A stretch of DNA of 55,434 bases, counting the filler, from Sphacelaria rigidula (Eukaryota): assembly GCA_964200075.2 (NCBI GenBank). It is 4 parts of 4 records of this genome, joined end to end, with 100 filler letters (N's around TTAATTAATTAA, not from the genome) between each part and the next. Parts side by side here need not be neighbours in the genome. Positions count along the whole stretch, not along the records: positions 41,656 to 55,434 come from CAXNAA020002671.1; 3 more parts are not named here. The stretch is one strand, 5' to 3'. Both the position numbers and the translations under genes were made by a program. Below, piece by piece: positions 51,601-55,434 of the stretch. Within the stretch, counting starts at the first letter, position 1. Each line of letters opens with the position of its first letter. Under the pieces are notes generated by a model. That model did not search any database. It was given only the letters and a program-made list of their open reading frames with translations, and was not told the origin of the DNA.

Positions 51601-52720
51601 TTACCCGGCAGTTCTGTGAGTTCTGTACAGAGTATTTACCCGTACCCGGAGCGCGGGTACGCTCTTGAAGAAATACCCGATTGCCGGTACGGTTTTTCTG
51701 CAAGCCTCCCGTACCGTACCCGACAAACTCCATGATTTCTGTCAACACTTTCGTCCTGTACCGTTACCCCGTATTTCTGAAAGTTCTGTCAGAACTGTCA
51801 TACCCTGCAGAGCATACCCGTACCCTACAGAACATAACCTTGCAAAATTCGACTGCATGGTTGACGAGAGAAAGGGGCCGCCGAACCCCTCTCGCGATAA
51901 AGAAAAAGCAAGCACCGCAGAAGAAAGGTGGGGTACTCGAACAAAATGAAGGAAAATGAAAGAGCTCCAGTGTTCGCCTCCCTCCTGCGTATATACCGGA
52001 AGGTGTAGACTGGAGTCCAGAATAGATGAGATCACAGCAACACCGTCCGCACCTTTCGATGTACGTGGGCGGATCAGCGGGGTATTTTTTTTTAACTTGT
52101 TATGGAACCCCCACTTTTTCTTCTGCGGTGCTTGCCTTATTATTTATCTCTAGAGTGGGTCAGTGATTCCCTTCCCTCCACCGTGAAGCCGAACTCTGTA
52201 TACCCGAGACAAAGTTGCTCTCCACTGTCTGTTTGTCGAGCATATCGTAAAATAATATACGAGACCGTGTGGCTTCACTTATATTCGAATCCTCAACACC
52301 AGGGTGCACATGGACATTTTGAAGGTACAGCCGGTTGCATATTTCATTTGTAGAGATGTAATTCGTGGATGTTGGGTACATCCCGCTGTAAAAGGGCTGG
52401 ATCCGCTTTCAGGCTGGCCTGCGTGTGTGTGCGCGCGCGTGTGTGTTGTCAGATTATCTATTCCGGACGCTAGTCTGCACCTTTTGGTATATATTGGTGC
52501 GTCAGCCGGAGGTCACAAAGGGGTAAGACCGACACTGGAGCGTTTGCTTACATTTCTTCTCGTGCCCGAGAAAAATGCAAGTACGAAAGAGGAAAACTGA
52601 GGCCACCAAAAAAATTGCACAGGTGTGCTGGAACTGTTTCAACGAGTACAGCAAGCTCCTGGGTGTCAAAACCCGCCTGGCTTTGCAGTCTTTGAGGCCC
52701 CTTGGCCTGATCGGTTCTGA
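48622..52720 (+). CDS. Putative secreted protein, 4 exons (48622-49112, 50064-50183, 50969-51222, 52623-52720), about 320 aa
   Basis: ATG followed by a signal-peptide-like MKTAQILPLTLLAGVAVTVTHG. Donors gtgagt/gtgaga/gtgagt and acceptors tgcag/tgcag/cacag have consistent phases (2/2/1) and give an open 963-nt frame. Exon 1 is well supported; exons 3-4 are less certain. Confidence 0.55.
50345..50770. repeat. TACCCGACAGTTCTGT subrepeat element, copy 3
   Basis: Same 5' end and units; its 3' end resembles that of the 25880 copy. Confidence 0.75.
51265..51843. mobile_element. TIR-bounded element made of internal TACCCGACAGTTCTGT-type subrepeats
   Basis: Starts tgttctgtagggtacg and ends cgtaccctacagaaca; family members at 25880-26440 and 50345-50770. 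Confidence 0.75.
51845..52045 (+). mobile_element. SINE fragment
   Basis: ggttgacgagagaaagggg...gcaagcaccgcagaagaaaggtgg...tataccggaaggtgtagactgg. Confidence 0.8.
52100..52300 (-). mobile_element. SINE fragment (5'/middle part with B-box remnant)
   Basis: ttcttctgcggtgcttgcc...attcccttccctc...tattcgaatcc is the reverse complement of the SINE body and B box. Confidence 0.72.
52424..52540 (-). mobile_element. SINE 3' fragment
   Basis: gtgtgttgtc...tctattccggacgc...ggtatat...gtcagccggaggtcaca. Confidence 0.7.
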
Positions 52721-54319
52721 GTTATGGGGGGGTTCGAACGGAGAACAACAGGAGGAACAATCGACATAGGTTATAACGGAACCCCTGACCGGTTTCACCC
52801 TGCGGTCAAGTGCGTGGAGAGTCCCCAGCTGTACTCCTGTGCATGCTCTACGCATTCGCTGGATACGACGGCAAGAAACAATGAACGTGCCATCGCTCTC
52901 CACTGAACACAGTCTACGGCAAACCACTGACGTCTTTGCTTGGTGTTCCACAACAATACTGCAGAATGTGAAACCATGCTGGTGACACAAGAGGGGGCAG
53001 CGCACAGACATACCGACTCTACACCCAATTAATTGACTGCAGGTTCACAACTGCTCAGGGGTCCCCTGAAACTATTGTCTATATATATGACAAATGAACA
53101 CATGTTCATGAAAAAGGCGTTTTGTGTAGCGACGAAAGAACAGTTCTGAACCCCAAATGTTGCATGGTCCAACTCAGTCCACGTGCGGGGGGGTCGCTGT
53201 CTGAGGGTTACTAGGGTCGCTCGGCTGTCCTCGGGCCTCTTTCTTGGCATAGATTTTTCCCTTGGAAACTTCCAAATACACATGGGTTGACCAGGTGAAC
53301 TTTTCGGCTTTTCTGCGAACGGTTCCCCACCCCATCTCCCGGAAACCTCTGGGGTTGCTGAACAGTCAGCCAGGAAACTGTTCCGAGACGACGCTCGCGG
53401 TCTAGTGGTCAAGGGATCGAAGTAACGGTGAAAAATGTCATTTTTCTTGGTGTTCTTGCCTCATCACTCCTCCATTGGAGGAAAAGCGTCCGATAAAAAT
53501 CACCAAAATATCTTGGAGACGAGGAATCAAAGATCCCAGACGGAAGTCATGAATATTTCCCCGCCAGGCTTGCACAAACAATAATTGAAGAGTCGTCTCG
53601 ACAAAAAAAACAAAAAACGCCTAGTATTGTTTTCGTGAGATTGAGAGTAGAGCGTTGATTGAGAGTGGGCTTTATTATTCGCTTCAATATGACCAACTTT
53701 ATATTATTTGTGTGTTTTCTTTGCCTGAAACACTGGCGTATGGTTACAGCTAGACTTCGATGTCCACTTTGGGATATCAATGGCTTCAGTGGCGAGCTAC
53801 TACACCAAGCGTGTGGGGCCTCGTGATGGAGCATTTCGGAACTGAAACTATTCATTCATTAGTTGGTCGCGTCTTACTCTCAATCGTATCCTCTACTCTC
53901 AATGTCGTGGAAACATTGTTGCCTGTACTTCTTGTCCCTCAGCTACACGGCCTTGTCTCGCACACACCTTACTTCTCAGTGCAACAACACAGATGGAACT
54001 CGAAGACTGACACTCATCCGGTGGCGATCGTCCCGCTCATGGCTGCAGAGCTGGCCGCAGCGAACAACTTGAGAACCATGGTGTCCGCGCCAGCCAAGCA
54101 CTGCGCATGACTGTATGGATGCTCTCTCTGAAGACACGAGCGACTTTTTATATGTAGTAGCTGCTTGCTATCGAGAGGTACTACAGCACCATACTGATCA
54201 TTGTGCCATTCTGCAAGAGACCGCAAGCACAGGCCATAACGTACAACACGCAGTCCATACTGCTGCTGCTGTGTTTTAAACTGACTTTCAGACTGTTGGA
54301 ACAAAAGTAATGGTATTGT

Positions 54320-54965
54320 AGTGTTCCTGTATAGTACTACTCATCAACTGCACAATAGAGCACGGTTTGGACGAACCATCGCCGATTCGAATCACCAAAT
54401 CCACGATTTTTCAGCCCTGATTGCTTGAAAGAGAGAAGATATTTACCGCTGGCAAAAAAACAGACTCGACGCAATGTTGCGCCATTTCACGTGCCTGAGC
54501 TGCGCGTACCTGGGTTGCAACGCTGAAAACGAAGCCTAGGCATTGATCCGTAAGGTACGAATCAATTACACTAAAATCAAGTAATTTACAGACCAATCAT
54601 TCATTCTTCCGACCGTTGCAAAAGAGTACGGTCATCGCATAGTATGCAGCAGTCTGTACACACAACGGTCGAGCGTTAGAGTCCCTGTATTGTACTACTC
54701 ATTATCCGGAAGAGAAAGTGTTCCACGGTTAGGACGAATCACCAAATCAACGATTTCTTTGGCCTGATTGCCCAAAGGGGAGAAAATAGTTGACCGCTGG
54801 TCCAAGGGGTATCCACGCAACTTTTGCGCTATTCCACGTGTTCGGGCTGCGTGTACCTGGGTTGCAACGCTGAAAACAAAGCCTGGGGATTGATTCGTAC
54901 GATTCGGATCAACGATACTAAAACCAAGTAATTTCCAGATTACTCATTCTTTGTCCGACCCTTGA
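54320..54965. repeat. Diverged tandem duplication, period about 350 bp
   Basis: cgaatcaccaaatc and gtacctgggttgcaacgctgaaaac each occur twice, collinearly. Confidence 0.8.
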
Positions 54966-55434
54966 CGTGTTCGGTGTTGGTACCGTGCAGTACGTCGAGG
55001 ACAACAGTAGTATAATAGTGTTTATCTGCCGTCTACAAAAGTCACACTCATGGAGCTTTGCATCCCGAGGAATTTTATTTTTTTAATTCAGCGTACAGTC
55101 GTGCAAACATCCATGGATGACGTAGTTGAACTCTTGGACCGCGAAGGTAGTCCATCTGGACTTCGCGTAATTTTTTCCAAGTGAAACTGATGCCGATTCA
55201 ACAGATGACCCACTCTCGCTCCCCGAGGGTTGATTCAACATACATTCATCATGCAAACATACACGGATTACGTGGCTTTACACGTTCACCCCCTGCCTTG
55301 CGTGCACATCACCTGTACTTGTTCCTGATGTAATAGGAATACTCAATTTTATCCCGTTTCAAAAATATGGAGGCGGTATTTTTGGAGATTAGGCGCCCCA
55401 ACACAGTACACCAGGCGTCTGATGATACTGAAAC

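Overview
Eukaryotic, intron-rich and repeat-rich DNA, most likely from a brown alga (Phaeophyceae), judging by the EsV-1-7 repeat gene, (CCCTAA)n tract and long introns. The window is probably not one locus. Three 100-bp N44-TTAATTAATTAA-N44 spacers join four pieces of 13789, 13786, 13780 and 13779 bp, which looks like unrelated contigs concatenated by decreasing length. Main contents: (1) an intronless ORF (21684/21648-24005, +) with 15 tandem 38-aa C-X4-C-X16-C-X2-H EsV-1-7 repeats, decayed repeats upstream and a tail with NLS- and SUMO-like motifs; (2) eight phase-consistent exons of a minus-strand MORN-repeat gene (40775 to 28907), with an Ig-like segment and a GC-AG intron; (3) a putative 4-exon gene for a secreted Cys-containing protein (48622-52720, +); (4) two decayed RTE-like LINEs, one interrupted by two MITEs with clean boundaries; (5) tRNA-derived SINEs, several foldback/MITE elements, dispersed repeats and microsatellites. 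Most ORFs in the supplied track are spurious. The best candidate for an undescribed system is the modular, shuffled EsV-1-7 repeat array.
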